A stretch of DNA of 63,275 nucleotides, counting the filler, from Basidiobolus ranarum (Eukaryota): assembly GCA_040143965.1 (NCBI GenBank). It is 55 parts of 55 records of this genome, joined end to end, with 100 filler letters (N's around TTAATTAATTAA, not from the genome) between each part and the next. Parts side by side here need not be neighbours in the genome. Positions count along the whole stretch, not along the records: positions 61,082 to 62,128 come from JASJQH010006690.1; positions 62,229 to 63,275 come from JASJQH010006691.1; 53 more parts are not named here. The stretch is one strand, 5' to 3'. The notes beneath the pieces were generated by a model that saw only the letters and a program-made list of their open reading frames with translations, made no database searches and had not been told where the DNA came from. Shown in pieces: positions 61,678 to 63,275 of the stretch. Made by a program: the position numbers and the translations under genes. Every line of letters starts with the position of its first letter. Within the stretch, counting starts at the first letter, position 1.

Positions 61678-62228
61678 AAATATCAGTTTACTATACATCA
61701 AATGGATGTTAATACTGCTTTTTGATTGGTGAGCTTGCTGTGGAGATCTATATGGACCAGCCAGATGGATTTGTGGATTGAGATAACCCATAAAAGGTTT
61801 TCAGACTTTGGAAAGCACTCTATTGCTTAATACAATCTTCAAGAGCTTGGAATAGCAAGATGGATGCTTTTTTGGAAACACTCAAACTCCAAAAAAGTAA
61901 AACCAATTATAGTATCTACCTCAGGCCAGACAATACAAACCCAGTCTTATTAGCCTTATATGAAGATGACCTTACTATAACAAGTAGTGACTTGAAGACT
62001 TTGGAGAAAACCAGATCCAGCTTAGCCACCAAATGCAAAATGACTGATGTTGGTAGACTGATGTACTATCTGGGAATCCAAATTAAGATGGATAGAACTA
62101 CCAAAACAATAACTTCAAACCAGTCCATNNNNNNNNNNNNNNNNNNNNNNNNNNNNNNNNNNNNNNNNNNNNTTAATTAATTAANNNNNNNNNNNNNNNN
62201 NNNNNNNNNNNNNNNNNNNNNNNNNNNN

Positions 62229-62362
62229 CACTCGCCACTAGGGCAGGTGACTTTCTCGCCATTGATCATCCCGCATCTATCATCCTTGGAAACACGAGCT
62301 TGGATAGCTGTGACCTGAAGAAGGACGGCAATGGAAATAAGCACAGCTTTAGAGAAATACAT
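62229..62362 (-). CDS. Signal peptide and start of a CBM18 module; paralog of the gene at 50749
   Basis: MYFSKAVLISIAVLLQVTAIQARVSKDDRCG..NGEKVTCPSGE versus VIQAHISKDDRCG..KGKKIICPSGE. Confidence 0.8.
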
Positions 62363-63275
62363 TGTTAGAGAAAAGGATCAGTGATTACCACAGCACATAC
62401 TTTTCCAGTTTATATACACAAGGAATCTAATGAAAATCACCAATAGCTCGCATTTTGATATCTTAATCTCCCATCGATGTTACACAACATCTGTGTTCCT
62501 ACTGGACTACAAAGTTATTCGTGGTTAAAGGAAATAGTGTCTATTGTTCTACGCCTTGTAAGACGATCCTACTTGTACTAGAAAAATACCGAAATGTTGC
62601 CAGGAGATCGAGAAATTAGGAAAGATTTTATTGCTTGGCAACTTAACCGGTAACTAAAGAGAACTTGTCCACTCAAGGTTAATTCCTTACCAAAAATCTA
62701 CATATTAGTCATAGAAGTGGCCACAATTATTCCTTTATGTGGTAATCTGCACATCCTAAATATAGAATTGTTACTATTATATCAACAGAACGGTAGATCG
62801 TGGTAGCTAATCGGAATCATCGTGCATTTAACTTACATTAGGCTAAAACCAGTAAATTTCCAGTATCAGCAATCACTTACATGTGCGTGTATCCAGCCTT
62901 AGTGTATTTGATGCGATACGTAATCAACATCTTCATGCTGGGCTGGAATTTCCTATAATACAATTCCAACTAACAGTACATTATGGGGAGGATAAACATT
63001 CAAGCCTTGGTTACAAGATGTACTGATTGTTCGAATGGAAAAATTTACTTCAACCTAGCCAGTGGTTTAACATCTCAATTAACGAACGATTACATCGCTA
63101 TTTCTCACAATTAAACATCAATTATTATTCAAAAATGAAATTTATTATATTAAATATTATGCTAATAGCAAAAATTAAAGATCAAAACCAACACACTAAG
63201 CGAAAATCCTATTAATGGTATAATTCAGAATCACCTAAGCAGTCAGCAACGGTGGTGATCTTGAAGCCAGACTTG

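Larger units (their letters stand above)
1059..62228. other. 54 artificial contig linkers (N44-TTAATTAATTAA-N44); window is a concatenation of 55 contigs of ~1.05 kb
   Basis: Identical 100-nt spacer recurs about every 1150 nt (1059-1158, 2217-2316 ... 62129-62228). Contig lengths fall monotonically from 1058 to 1047. The core has stop codons in all six frames. Confidence 0.98.

Noticed and set aside
1059-62228. Regularly spaced TTAATTAATTAA repeats resembling a CRISPR or other periodic array
   Set aside because: Always embedded in N44 runs between size-sorted contigs; an artificial linker.

Overview
This window is not a continuous locus. It consists of 55 unrelated, size-sorted contigs of about 1.05 kb (1058 down to 1047 nt), each joined by an artificial 100-nt linker (N44-TTAATTAATTAA-N44), so gene neighbourhoods across linkers mean nothing. 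The source is a repeat-rich fungal genome: there is a chitin synthase fragment, an ERG4-type sterol reductase, a CBM18 polysaccharide deacetylase with GT-AG introns, and a 28S rDNA fragment. An early-diverging lineage is my guess. Most contigs are nested, decayed transposons: several Ty1/copia families with GGTTATGAGCCC half-tRNAiMet primer sites, Ty3/gypsy fragments, one LINE RT, and a very abundant CACTA/EnSpm-like (CMC) DNA transposon. That transposon can be rebuilt across contigs as CCCTAACA TIRs, a transposase and a divergent unknown ORF. Repeats are strongly CpG-depleted, whereas host-gene contigs keep their CpGs. The most interesting items are: (i) a repeat with a copia-type LTR terminus that embeds a tRNA-like Pol III unit (two copies, Cassandra-like); (ii) an intronless MnxG-like bacterial-type multicopper oxidase; (iii) the reconstructed two-gene CCCTA element; (iv) the CpG hypermutation signature together with a CpG-free but intact LINE RT. 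All family assignments come from motif recognition by eye; no database searches were run.
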